A DNA stretch of 33,198 bases, taken from positions 1 to 33,198 of the IMG/VR virus record IMGVR_UViG_3300045919_000425. One strand, written 5' to 3'. Origin of the DNA: a virus (lineage: Duplodnaviria; Heunggongvirae; Uroviricota; Caudoviricetes). This document shows positions 23,599 through 32,691 of the stretch, in pieces. The notes under the pieces are model-generated. The model was given only the letters and a program-made list of their open reading frames with translations. It did not search any database and was not told where the DNA came from. Numbering within the stretch: position 1 is the first letter of the stretch; every line of letters starts with the position of its first letter. The translations under genes and the position numbers were made by a program.

Positions 23599-23690
23599 AA
23601 CACTTGCCTCCGCCTCCCATCTTTCAACTGTATGAATAAGAAATCATACCCACCCAAAAGGTTGTACTTTTTCCAAGAAAACCAACGCAT
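23574..23690 (-). CDS. 38-aa YxDG-like peptide (not in ORF track)
   Basis: AGGAG RBS; MRWFSWKKYNLLGGYDFLFIQLKDGRRRQVFWPRKYLK. Confidence 0.5.
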   Translation of the reverse strand: MRWFSWKKYNLLGGYDFLFIQLKDGRRRQVFWPRKYLK

Positions 23691-23691
23691 A

Positions 23692-24036
23692 CTATCTCCT
23701 GTGTATTGTGATTTCGTTGTCCTCTGAAATAACCGTAATCGGGAAAATCCTATCTTCGCAAATCATCTCATCAATTCTCTGTTTAGTGAAATATCCACCA
23801 AAAATCTTTGCAGTTTGGTCATCAAAGGTTCTTAATTTACTTAGCGCCTCTTCTTTTGTCTGTGCGGCGATGAAAATATCCCCATACGGAATCCCCAAAT
23901 TCAATCTAGCTTTAAAGTACTTAATTTCATCTATCACTTGCAGTCTCTTCATTGTCGGTTTAAATCTCTCGTAAGACTCCTTAATCATATTACGAAGCTC
24001 ACTGATCGTTGGTTTTGTTTTCATACATCTCTCCAT
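23692..24036 (-). CDS. hypothetical protein
   Basis: 114 aa; true start may be ATG 24024. Confidence 0.65.
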   Translation of the reverse strand: MERCMKTKPTISELRNMIKESYERFKPTMKRLQVIDEIKYFKARLNLGIPYGDIFIAAQTKEEALSKLRTFDDQTAKIFGGYFTKQRIDEMICEDRIFPITVISEDNEITIHRR

Positions 24037-24395
24037 ATTCCGTCTAAATATAATAATGAGAATCTACTTCCACTCATCAAAGATTGCCTAATCTCGTCAC
24101 TTGTGCTCAAAACAACCTTTGAGCACCTATACTCCGACTTAACATCATCTATGGATAAAATGAAACGAAAGACTTGCCCACCGTAGGAAGAATCTTGATC
24201 GTATTCACAATTAATACCTACTCCTTTTAAGAGTGGGATTACTTCCTCAGCCGCCGTTATAATGATTATTGCTGATGTTTCAATGAATAAATAATTGGAC
24301 GAGAGTCTTTTATACCTTGCTAATAGGTCTTTATTTCTAGCAAGCTTCTTATTTATCATTATTGAGCGCTGCTCAAGCACTAACCATCGACTCAT
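24021..24395 (-). CDS. YxDG-family small protein
   Basis: MSRW...FSLLYLDGIWRDV. Confidence 0.75.
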   Translation of the reverse strand: MSRWLVLEQRSIMINKKLARNKDLLARYKRLSSNYLFIETSAIIIITAAEEVIPLLKGVGINCEYDQDSSYGGQVFRFILSIDDVKSEYRCSKVVLSTSDEIRQSLMSGSRFSLLYLDGIWRDV

Positions 24396-24664
24396 AGATT
24401 AATCTCCCTGATTACTCCATTTAAAAACCCAAGAACCAGCACTGAATCTTTATTAAATTTAAAGAAGTTGTGCTTGGATATATTACCTCTCTCGTCAAAA
24501 TGAAGGATAAATTCACGTCCAACTAGTGCATTCTCTGTAATAATTTCCATCTGCTCTTCTGAGCGTATACAGTATTTTTCTCCACATGGGAGGTTGGATT
24601 CTTTACTCATCTCATTGAAGACGTATTTAGATTCCGACTCGAACATACACACCCAATAGCTCAT
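24392..24664 (-). CDS. small protein, YxDG-like
   Basis: MSYW...VLVLGFLNGVIREI; AGGAG RBS favours ATG 24664. Confidence 0.65.
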   Translation of the reverse strand: MSYWVCMFESESKYVFNEMSKESNLPCGEKYCIRSEEQMEIITENALVGREFILHFDERGNISKHNFFKFNKDSVLVLGFLNGVIREINL

Positions 24665-24738
24665 CCTCGCTCCTTTAACCATGCTCGCTTAACAGTTCTT
24701 CCACTAAGATTGTTTTTATCAGATATTAAAGTGAATAT

Positions 24739-25080
24739 TTACCTGCGTTTATCAGATTTTTTACCAGAACACTTAGTTTTAGGTGGTTTAGTGCTCTTAT
24801 CTGTTTCATTTTCGATAATCCTTACTATTCCATCAAGATATTTAACGTTTATTTTCTTTAATTTATGGATTTTATCCTCAGCCCGGCTTGGAAGAGTTCT
24901 CAAGCCTGTGATTATCTTAAAATCCACGCCAGATATTACTGCCAGAATTAGCAAACTGAACGCCTGGTCAGAAAATACAGATTCCTTAAGGTCAAACTCA
25001 CAAATACTTAACCCTTCTCCGATATAACGTGTTATTTCATACCAATCTATGAAATTATGAGTCTTAAAACTTCTAGCCAT
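24739..25080 (-). CDS. YxDG-family small protein
   Basis: KINVKYLDGIVRII. Confidence 0.75.
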   Translation of the reverse strand: MARSFKTHNFIDWYEITRYIGEGLSICEFDLKESVFSDQAFSLLILAVISGVDFKIITGLRTLPSRAEDKIHKLKKINVKYLDGIVRIIENETDKSTKPPKTKCSGKKSDKRR

Positions 25081-25397
25081 CAGTTTTCCTCACAATTCTT
25101 GATGTTCTCTTTTGATTCTTCGACTAATTTTGTAAAAATAGTGCCCTGTAAGTACTTCCTGCGGTAGCATTGATATTTTTCACACCTATGAACAGGTGAA
25201 GTTATTGGAACTAATACCTTACCGACTAATACGAATGAATGATTGTAATGATCTATGACCGTATTTTCACATACATTCACTAATTCCGTAAAGAGTTCAC
25301 CTTTTTTATGTGGTCGAATAAGGATCGGTATTAAGAAAATCGCCAATAAGAAAGCCAATACTAGGTATATTACAAGTTTCGGGGAAGTGGGACTCAT
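25080..25397 (-). CDS. membrane-anchored protein
   Basis: N-terminal helix LVIYLVLAFLLAIFLIPILI. Confidence 0.7.
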   Translation of the reverse strand: MSPTSPKLVIYLVLAFLLAIFLIPILIRPHKKGELFTELVNVCENTVIDHYNHSFVLVGKVLVPITSPVHRCEKYQCYRRKYLQGTIFTKLVEESKENIKNCEEN

Positions 25398-25702
25398 TTA
25401 ACCCTCCCTATAAAGCTGTTGATATCTTCTTTTGTTAATTCTTCGCCAGATATTTTGATCTCCGAACCATCACTAAACATAATTGAATGTGACTTATCTG
25501 CACAGATCTCGTGTAAAATGACACAATGTAAGGTTTCTGGTATTTTTGACCAATGCTCATACGACCCAGTTCCATTTAGAAACCCCAATCTATGTTGGAT
25601 ACTGTTATTTACAAGATCGCCTTCGCTTATGTGACTGAATAGCTCTTTTATACTGTAAAGATTACCCGCAACAAAGGTGAATTCCGTTCGCTTGATCATC
25701 AT
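25394..25702 (-). CDS. small protein, weak YxDG-like motif
   Basis: HSIMFSDGSEIKI. Confidence 0.6.
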   Translation of the reverse strand: MMIKRTEFTFVAGNLYSIKELFSHISEGDLVNNSIQHRLGFLNGTGSYEHWSKIPETLHCVILHEICADKSHSIMFSDGSEIKISGEELTKEDINSFIGRVK

Positions 25703-25704
25703 AT

Positions 25705-26298
25705 TTACTCCATTGATATGATTTCTAGTGCCTGGAAATAATTAAACTTACCTTTCCAGTAAGCGACCCTATCGCTTCGCACTCGGACTGCTACATTCTC
25801 TTCATGAAAGGTCTCGTATGACTGGAACAAGCCATCTCTGTCGATACTTATCATTAACTCAGAAGTTTTGATGGTTGTGCTTGGAGGTTCCTTTATCTGA
25901 AGAAATCCATTAAATCCTGTATCGCACGAATAATGTTCTGAGGTTAAGTTATCGGCATGTTTGTAGATAACACATGGAGCATTATCATCAAAATAGAGCA
26001 TATCCTTAAGCCCTATTAATGTCACAGACCCATTTTGATGAGATGTATTAGCCTTTAAGCATTCAGAGGATGACCATACAAATGAACCAAAATCCATAAC
26101 ATACCACAACTCTATAAACATATGCTCTGTAAGAAATGGACTCTTCAATTTTCGGATTTCAATGCCATTTCTTTTAGTGTTTATTTCTAGTTTCCAGGAA
26201 TTGTCTATCTCCTGCCTAACGCAGATAGGTTTCTTTGGGCTGTTCCACGACTTCCACTCTCTGATTACATTTATCTGTGTTTCTCGAAATTTATCCAT
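25705..26298 (-). CDS. hypothetical protein
   Basis: GGAGG RBS, 197 aa. Confidence 0.7.
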   Translation of the reverse strand: MDKFRETQINVIREWKSWNSPKKPICVRQEIDNSWKLEINTKRNGIEIRKLKSPFLTEHMFIELWYVMDFGSFVWSSSECLKANTSHQNGSVTLIGLKDMLYFDDNAPCVIYKHADNLTSEHYSCDTGFNGFLQIKEPPSTTIKTSELMISIDRDGLFQSYETFHEENVAVRVRSDRVAYWKGKFNYFQALEIISME

Positions 26299-26324
26299 AC
26301 CACCTCCCTTAAGCTCCGTAATAT

Positions 26325-26492
26325 TCAGTGACTATAAAATTCATTCCAGCGTTCTTCCCAGTACTCCTGATAAGTTTCTGCGCATTGATCACAAAGTAAA
26401 GGTTCTCGATTTCTGTCGGGTTCTGTGTAATTTGTCATACATGCCCTGTACAGTAATGAGTCTGCTGGAACCTGGCAAAATTCACATTCCAT
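26325..26492 (-). CDS. 55-aa zinc-finger-like protein (not in ORF track)
   Basis: AGGAGG RBS; MECEFC...LLCDQCAETYQEYWEERWNEFYSH. Confidence 0.7.
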   Translation of the reverse strand: MECEFCQVPADSLLYRACMTNYTEPDRNREPLLCDQCAETYQEYWEERWNEFYSH

Positions 26493-26500
26493 GTTTCCTC

Positions 26501-26731
26501 CTAATATCCTCGCATTTCCCTTTCAAGCTCTGCCCGAATTTCGGAGTCTAGCTCCATACGACGCTGTTCTTGAAGGTATTCATTTTCTTGATCTTCTAAA
26601 AGTGCTGACTGCTCCCAAACTTCATACATTGCAGATTCCACTGCTTGAAGCTCCTCTTCTGTATGGTCAATACCTAGTCCTAATAATATTTCTTCCCGTT
26701 TCTCATTCAGCTTAGATAATTCGTTTTGCAT
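26501..26731 (-). CDS. acidic coiled-coil protein
   Basis: GGAGGG RBS, E-rich. Confidence 0.7.
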   Translation of the reverse strand: MQNELSKLNEKREEILLGLGIDHTEEELQAVESAMYEVWEQSALLEDQENEYLQEQRRMELDSEIRAELEREMRGY

Positions 26732-26748
26732 ACACCCTCCGTGAAATT

Positions 26749-26777
26749 AATCTATCATACCCTTAACAGTCTGTCAA
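26749..26777 (-). promoter_or_regulatory. sigma70 promoter
   Basis: minus strand TTGACA-17-TAGATT with extended -10 TG. Confidence 0.75.
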
Positions 26778-26822
26778 TGGCGACAACTAATTTAATTAAA
26801 CAATTTAATAACCGAGGTTTTT

Positions 26823-27731
26823 ATGAGTGGTACGACTAGTATTGGTATGATCTTACCCTATGCAGGGGACATCCGGCAGGGATTTTTACCAAGAGGGTTT
26901 CTGTTTTGCGACGGTTCGGCTATTTCAAGGAGTCAGTATTCTGATCTATTTGATGTGATCGGAGTTTCATTTGGAGTAGGAGATGGAGTCTCCACCTTTA
27001 AACTACCTGATTTTAGGGGTAGATTTATTAGAGGTGTAGATAACGCATCTGGTCACGATCCAGATGCTTCCAGGAGGGTTTCTATGGCATCTGGTGGCAA
27101 TCCTGGAGATAACGTAGGATCTATCCAAACCGATGAAATACTATCTCACACTCACTTTGGGAATGTCTCTGGTGTACCGCAAGCCAATGCGACCACTATG
27201 TGTGCTCAAGCTGGTGGACTTGATATTGGGGATATATTTGCGCTGCGTATGTCTTATTCTGGTGGTGCTGAAACTAGGCCAAAAAATGCGGCAGCTCATT
27301 TTATTATTAAATACACAGAAATATCACCAGTTTCACTTAACATAACAAAGACGGACTTTTCCTCCCAATCTTTTGTGCCCAATACTCGCATACCTTTAAG
27401 TTGGGATTCATATGATTCGATCTATGACCCATATAAAATGAAGATGGCTGATAAAACCGCATTATTTCTCCCAACACAAGGAGAATATGATATTTCCAGC
27501 TCGTGCTTATTTGATGGCTCATTGTCTGGGATTAAGAATGTGACAATTTCCGTGCTTATTAATGGCCGGATACTTCAGGAAAATACAATCTCAGGAGTTT
27601 CTTCTTTAGTTTGTTGCAGTTCGTCACTGAATTCTGGAGATTTTGTTGAAATACGGATAACACAAGACGGGAAACTCCTGGCCCCACTAATTTTCGCTTC
27701 AATAAGTATTAAGCTGGCCAGAGTTTATTGA
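26823..27731 (+). CDS. phage tail-collar domain protein with C-terminal C1q-like domain
   Basis: IGMILPYAG..GFLFCDGSAISRSQYSDLFDVIG..TFKLPDFRGRFIRG; ETRPKN; C-terminal PTQGEYDI and LNSGDFVEI. Confidence 0.85.
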   Translation: MSGTTSIGMILPYAGDIRQGFLPRGFLFCDGSAISRSQYSDLFDVIGVSFGVGDGVSTFKLPDFRGRFIRGVDNASGHDPDASRRVSMASGGNPGDNVGSIQTDEILSHTHFGNVSGVPQANATTMCAQAGGLDIGDIFALRMSYSGGAETRPKNAAAHFIIKYTEISPVSLNITKTDFSSQSFVPNTRIPLSWDSYDSIYDPYKMKMADKTALFLPTQGEYDISSSCLFDGSLSGIKNVTISVLINGRILQENTISGVSSLVCCSSSLNSGDFVEIRITQDGKLLAPLIFASISIKLARVY

Positions 27732-27788
27732 TCTCAGGGTGTATAATTACTGCGAGGACAATCCCACTAAAAAATAATAAGAGAAATC

Positions 27789-28292
27789 ATGTACACTCAA
27801 ACTAAAGATATCAATATCTCTCTTTATTCAGTAACTTATCCCGATCAAGCGAATTTGCCATTATTTATAAATAATCGTAATCCTGATGGGATAAGTTACT
27901 CATTAGCTTATCCGACAAATATTAATTTGTTTATTTCTATCAACACGCTTGATAACCCAAATGTTAATGGGATACTGTATGTATTTAGGGATCTGACCGA
28001 CCTTACAGTGATTAATCCGACTCCTGATTACATTATTAATATCGTCAATAGCGAGATTTTAAACTCAGATAATGGGATTTATACGCTTTCATTTGGGTTC
28101 AGTGGGACGGAACAAGTATTCGTTGGGTTTCAGTTTATCCCAAGCACCAGGAACACCTTTCAGGGTGCTCTTAATATTCATTCTAATATTTTATATAGCT
28201 TTACCCCAACTCTTCCGCCTGGAGGATTTGTAGTGAAAGAGGTCGACTCAATTTCAGGGGTTGAGATTCCTCTAATGTTATTCTTCCCCTGA
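27789..28292 (+). CDS. probable structural protein
   Basis: beta-rich, N/S/T-rich, lies between structural genes. Confidence 0.55.
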   Translation: MYTQTKDINISLYSVTYPDQANLPLFINNRNPDGISYSLAYPTNINLFISINTLDNPNVNGILYVFRDLTDLTVINPTPDYIINIVNSEILNSDNGIYTLSFGFSGTEQVFVGFQFIPSTRNTFQGALNIHSNILYSFTPTLPPGGFVVKEVDSISGVEIPLMLFFP

Positions 28293-28304
28293 GTGGAGAT
28301 TTTT

Positions 28305-28919
28305 ATGTCATTTGTTAAGTTTACGGGTAATGTGGATTTAGACTCCCACAAAATACTCAACCTTGCCAACCCTTCTGCTTCTTCTGATGGAGCGAATAAA
28401 GGATATGTTGATTCTGCTATTGCGGCGATTAATCCAGCTAAAGTTGTTCATGCCTCAGACGCATCACTAACTGCATGGATCGCTTCTTCTAGCTATGCGT
28501 CTAATATTTCTTCCTATCCAGCAGGGACCGTTCTTTTACTTCCTAGTGCGTCGTCTGCTGAAAGTGGTCAATACTTTCAAAATGGTGGCTCGGCTGGAAC
28601 TGAGGCGGATTGGTCTTTACTAGGTAACGCACCCTCTGCAAGTGAAGTAAGAAGTCACTTAAGCGCAGGGAGCGGTTTGGCCTTTTCGGGAGGTGCATTT
28701 TCTGTATCTTCAGCGATTAAAGGGATGATTGGGGACGGATCGGCAACATCTTTTACTATTTCCGTACCTATTGATGATGTTGTTATTTCAGTAAGAGAGG
28801 CTTCTTCTGGGGAGTTTGTTGGGGTACAAGCTGCGGTAGCTTCTGGAGTAGTTACGCTCACTTTTGCGTCAGCGCCTTCATCGAATCAATACAAGTATTG
28901 TATTATTCCAGGGTATTAA
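28305..28919 (+). CDS. probable minor tail/fibre structural protein
   Basis: NLANPSASSDGANKGYVD motif; Ser/Ala/Gly-rich; C-terminal GDGSATSFT..VTLTFASAP. Confidence 0.65.
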   Translation: MSFVKFTGNVDLDSHKILNLANPSASSDGANKGYVDSAIAAINPAKVVHASDASLTAWIASSSYASNISSYPAGTVLLLPSASSAESGQYFQNGGSAGTEADWSLLGNAPSASEVRSHLSAGSGLAFSGGAFSVSSAIKGMIGDGSATSFTISVPIDDVVISVREASSGEFVGVQAAVASGVVTLTFASAPSSNQYKYCIIPGY

Positions 28920-28923
28920 AAAC

Positions 28924-28946
28924 AATAAGCCCAATCGGGGCTTATT
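28924..28946. terminator. bidirectional intrinsic terminator
   Basis: AATAAGCCC-aatcg-GGGCTTATT between convergent genes. Confidence 0.7.
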
Positions 28947-29424
28947 TAACTTCAGAGTATTCTTTTGATTCAAAGAAGAATGGTTTCGGGGTTACAAAGC
29001 TTAAAATATTATCTTCTGAGATGGAATATTCTGCTTTGTAACTATCGGACCAGGCAATTGTTGCTGAGTCTTTTGCACAATAAATATGACTAAACTCTAA
29101 TTCACCTAATGAGTTAGTTCCTGAAACTACCACAGTAGCAGTGCAATCCCAAAGAGCAGTGTCGGCTACCCAGTAAGATAAACTTACTTTTCCTTCCCAA
29201 GCAACTGGCGAGTTAAATTCAGACGGAGAAAGCTTGAAAGTTTGGCCATCAGCCGACTGGAATGCTGAAAAAATTGTCGCATGATGTACTGGAGGTTTTA
29301 CTGGAATATCTGGTTGTATGATTACTGCTGGTGGCACCGCTGACGTTTTGTCACTAAATTGGCGGCTACAAGAAGCAGACGTTAAAAGCAAAGAAGCCGC
29401 TAATATTTTACTATAAAGTTTCAT
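28942..29424 (-). CDS. probable lipoprotein
   Basis: MKLYSKILAASLLLTSASC lipobox-like; Pro-rich linker; ATG 29424 preferred. Confidence 0.65.
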   Translation of the reverse strand: MKLYSKILAASLLLTSASCSRQFSDKTSAVPPAVIIQPDIPVKPPVHHATIFSAFQSADGQTFKLSPSEFNSPVAWEGKVSLSYWVADTALWDCTATVVVSGTNSLGELEFSHIYCAKDSATIAWSDSYKAEYSISEDNILSFVTPKPFFFESKEYSEVK

Positions 29425-29475
29425 ATAAATCCCTTTCAAAAGATTTGGAGCAAGATAGTTCTTGCTATTTTATTA

Positions 29476-31044
29476 TCAGACAACAGAGAGTTTATCACTA
29501 TCATTCTTGATGCAAATTAAATTAACGGTTCTATCTGCTAGGATCTCCGTTAAATCTACATACATATCGGTAACATACACTACCGATATTAACTTATTTG
29601 GTGGCAGATCTAAATCTTCCCGAATTTGCTTGATTTGTGCTGAACCCAAATCAGTTCCTCCACCTCCAACCAGGGCTACCTTGGAAGCCATTACGGCTGC
29701 GGGATCTACTCGCCGAAGTTCCACATCACAACAGTACATTGCTGATAAATGTCCTGCCTTCATCAGACTGTTCGCAACAGAAAAACTCATACTCAATGTT
29801 TCTTCATCAAACATAGAACCTGAAGTGTCCAAGACTAAAATAATAGCCGGCCTGTAATTTTGTGCTGAAAACCTTTCAGTAGGGACAAAGAATGAATTTC
29901 TGGATCTAATAACCCTCCAAGACAATTCACTTTTAGGCTTAGATGACAAAACCTTCACTGCATTTCGAATTTTCATTAAGAGAGCTGTAATGTACTGAGG
30001 CGCATATTTTTCTTTTACGAAAATTTCTGCATCTGCTGCACCCTTTCCAGGAGAACCTTTTGTTAGATCTCTCCCTACCACCTTAGCCTGGCGCATGGCC
30101 TTTTCTGTTCTTTTCTTTCTAGACTCCTTGGAATTATCACCATCGTCACAATCCATATCATGATCATCAAGCCCGTTTTCTCCAACTTGATCGAGCTTAT
30201 CCTTCATTCTCCGAAATGCTATGCTCGATAAAATAGGCCAACTCGTATCCGGTCGCACTTCTTGAATAGAGATGTCGTTTGGATCTATAGGGAATAATTC
30301 ATCAAAACCTGCTACCGTGCAATATGAAGTGAAAGGAGTCCCACTGATCGATTTCTCCCTCTCTCCTTCTAATCTTAGTAACTCTTTCTCCGTGGAGCTA
30401 ATTTTATCGCTCAGCAGATTTGCCTCTGAGGAATCTACTGTTGAGCTTAATATCTCATTAAGCTTGATTAACGTTAACTTTAACTCCTTGATAGCTTCTT
30501 CTAACGTGTATCGAGAAATTTCATACGCCCCTGCCTGGATTTCTTCCATCTGAAGAATATCTGAATGTAAGGCCATATCCATACAGATATTCAGAATTCT
30601 ATGCGCTGAAGAGCCTTTTATTTTCCCAGTTTTTTCATCTTCCAGCATTTTAGCTAGATCTGAATCAAGCTCTCTGTTGGAAGTTTGGTCTCTTTGATAA
30701 GCCTGGGGGATATGCCTTAGTTCGTGTAAGATTAAGAAGCATACTGCCCGTGCTGAACCCTTAAATGGAAATCCTGGATTGATTTCTATTGTTTTTTCAA
30801 AAAAATTTTCAGATGGCCGTTCTGTTTCCGGCATAAAAGTTTCGATGATATCTTTACGGATCGAAACTTTTATATCCTTAGTAATGGTTATAGAAGCTAA
30901 CGCCCGTGCTTTTGATGGGAATTCCCATATATCAACCACTGAAGCTAACGCTTGGGTGTAATACATCTGTTTTTGACGTAAGTACGAGTACAATGTAGAT
31001 CTAGCTAGGTGATACTTCTCTTCCGTAGACAATTCTCTCTTCAT
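29476..31044 (-). CDS. DUF2201-type protein: HExxH metallopeptidase-like domain plus VWA domain
   Basis: LILHELRHI; ILVLDTSGSM (MIDAS); GGGGTD. Confidence 0.85.
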   Translation of the reverse strand: MKRELSTEEKYHLARSTLYSYLRQKQMYYTQALASVVDIWEFPSKARALASITITKDIKVSIRKDIIETFMPETERPSENFFEKTIEINPGFPFKGSARAVCFLILHELRHIPQAYQRDQTSNRELDSDLAKMLEDEKTGKIKGSSAHRILNICMDMALHSDILQMEEIQAGAYEISRYTLEEAIKELKLTLIKLNEILSSTVDSSEANLLSDKISSTEKELLRLEGEREKSISGTPFTSYCTVAGFDELFPIDPNDISIQEVRPDTSWPILSSIAFRRMKDKLDQVGENGLDDHDMDCDDGDNSKESRKKRTEKAMRQAKVVGRDLTKGSPGKGAADAEIFVKEKYAPQYITALLMKIRNAVKVLSSKPKSELSWRVIRSRNSFFVPTERFSAQNYRPAIILVLDTSGSMFDEETLSMSFSVANSLMKAGHLSAMYCCDVELRRVDPAAVMASKVALVGGGGTDLGSAQIKQIREDLDLPPNKLISVVYVTDMYVDLTEILADRTVNLICIKNDSDKLSVV

Positions 31045-31073
31045 TAAACCTCCCTGAAATCTTCTATTAATTA

Positions 31074-32282
31074 TTACGATTTAATAGAAGACTGATTATT
31101 AAGAATCAACTTACCGCAACCACCATTAGCCTTCATGATGACAAAAATGTTGACATCCTTGAATTTGCCATCCCTAGTTTCTATCTCAAGCCTTACGGAA
31201 TCTGTGTATGAAATATTTGCTGGACTTAACACATAAGACACAACTTCAGGAGAAGCCATTTCGTACAAATAATTCGTGTAAATAATCGACCTTCTTTTGG
31301 ATTCTTCTGTTGTGATGGTTGGGATAACCTCACGGAGCTTTCTTAAAAGAAATCCGTAAACTTCTACCTGTTGTCCTGTTGATTCTAACTTCTTAAATAC
31401 ATGGAAATTATCATAAGTTAACTCCTCTGGTATTTTAACTTCCTTCTTCTTTTCTCTTAATATGCGTAAATCCTCTGCTAAGATTTCCCCATACTCTAAT
31501 CCTAATCTTCCACATAAAATAGTGGAAATTTCATTGTCATCCAAGAAATCCATTCCTGCTTCGATGATCGCTATCGCATCTGTCTGTTGACGAGCACACG
31601 CAAGTTGTTTATGATCGTATCCGTCAACGTCAAAAAAGTGCTTTTGAACAAAATACGTAATACAAGATGGTCCACGCATTTCAATTAGTTCTAAGTTTAG
31701 TCCCGTGGCATACTTTTTAAACGTATTGTAGTCAATTTGATGTGTCACATGAGTAAATCTTCTCATTCCAGCCTGGTTTAATGTTAAGTCCTGATGGCCA
31801 CCATCTTCACGATCAAAGTTTGAGGCAGCGATAATAAACACATCACCTCTTATCTTACGGCCTGCAATTGTGTGATCATTTGCTATTTCCATGATGATAG
31901 GGAGCATGCTTTGATGTGCTCTTGTGATCTCATCCAAAAACAAGAACATTGGTGGGTACTTATTACCGTTTTCATCTACTGCGTCAGTTAGTTTACGAAT
32001 CCACCATGCTGGAAATTCAACCAGTTTCCCATCCACGATCCCCATAGCGAACATATCTATAGATGATTTATCTGCCATAGGCAAAACGAAGCATTCAAAT
32101 CCACATTCCTTAGCTAACTCCTGGGATAACTCTTTGGAAAAAGCTGTGACCGATTGCGATTTACCGTTTCCTGATGAACCCCAAATTAATAAAGACTTGT
32201 TTGCTAGTATATGTGCTTTAACTATGTTTCTGGTATTCAAATAAGAAGAATAAGATCTGACAGAATTATTTGTATCGTTCAT
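31074..32282 (-). CDS. MoxR-like AAA+ ATPase
   Basis: Walker A GSSGNGKS, Walker B LFLDE, AASN, RRF; adjacent VWA gene. Confidence 0.9.
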   Translation of the reverse strand: MNDTNNSVRSYSSYLNTRNIVKAHILANKSLLIWGSSGNGKSQSVTAFSKELSQELAKECGFECFVLPMADKSSIDMFAMGIVDGKLVEFPAWWIRKLTDAVDENGNKYPPMFLFLDEITRAHQSMLPIIMEIANDHTIAGRKIRGDVFIIAASNFDREDGGHQDLTLNQAGMRRFTHVTHQIDYNTFKKYATGLNLELIEMRGPSCITYFVQKHFFDVDGYDHKQLACARQQTDAIAIIEAGMDFLDDNEISTILCGRLGLEYGEILAEDLRILREKKKEVKIPEELTYDNFHVFKKLESTGQQVEVYGFLLRKLREVIPTITTEESKRRSIIYTNYLYEMASPEVVSYVLSPANISYTDSVRLEIETRDGKFKDVNIFVIMKANGGCGKLILNNQSSIKS

Positions 32283-32309
32283 AGAAACTCCTTTTTATTC
32301 ATTATTCAA

Positions 32310-32645
32310 CTAGTGTGATAAAACTTCTACACGGAAAACTTTGTAAGCGCAATCATCAGATATCGATAATTCTTTTGCCTTACTCTCTGCATCTTCTTCT
32401 GATAAAGATGCAAACTCTATTGATGACTCCTCTGGATATTCCACGAATTCAGGGATTACCCAATAAATAAATGACTCAGAAACCGGAGTATCTGCGAACG
32501 TCGCTCTCACTGAAACAATAACTTCTTCTATTTCACAATCATTATCATTCTCTTCCAGTTCATTCATCTTGTAAAACTCCGCTGTTTCTGCGTTCTTGCA
32601 AACATAAAGAACATCTTCCTGGCTAGAAACATAAAATACTTTCAT
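32310..32645 (-). CDS. acidic hypothetical protein with two internal repeats
   Basis: VFYV..ETAEFY and IYWV..SEEDAESK segments. Confidence 0.7.
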   Translation of the reverse strand: MKVFYVSSQEDVLYVCKNAETAEFYKMNELEENDNDCEIEEVIVSVRATFADTPVSESFIYWVIPEFVEYPEESSIEFASLSEEDAESKAKELSISDDCAYKVFRVEVLSH

Positions 32646-32662
32646 TGAATCCTCCCTGAATA

Positions 32663-32691
32663 ACTCTACCAGACATTTAACTAAAAGTCAA
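32663..32691 (-). promoter_or_regulatory. sigma70 promoter of the early family
   Basis: minus strand TTGACT-tttagttaaatgtctgg-TAGAGT. Confidence 0.7.

Noticed and set aside
18656-25702. YxDG motif as a DNA recombination cassette site (integron-like)
   Set aside because: Motif codons differ at synonymous positions, and no shared intergenic repeat or integrase is seen.
19596-26715. Plus-strand ORF-track calls 19596, 20060, 21691, 23708, 23938, 24710, 25419, 26162, 26491
   Set aside because: Shadows of the minus-strand array, with no RBS or motifs.
27133-32244. ORF-track calls 27133, 27337, 28178, 28655, 29462, 30272, 30779, 31924
   Set aside because: Overlap recognisable collar, structural, VWA or AAA genes in other frames or strands.
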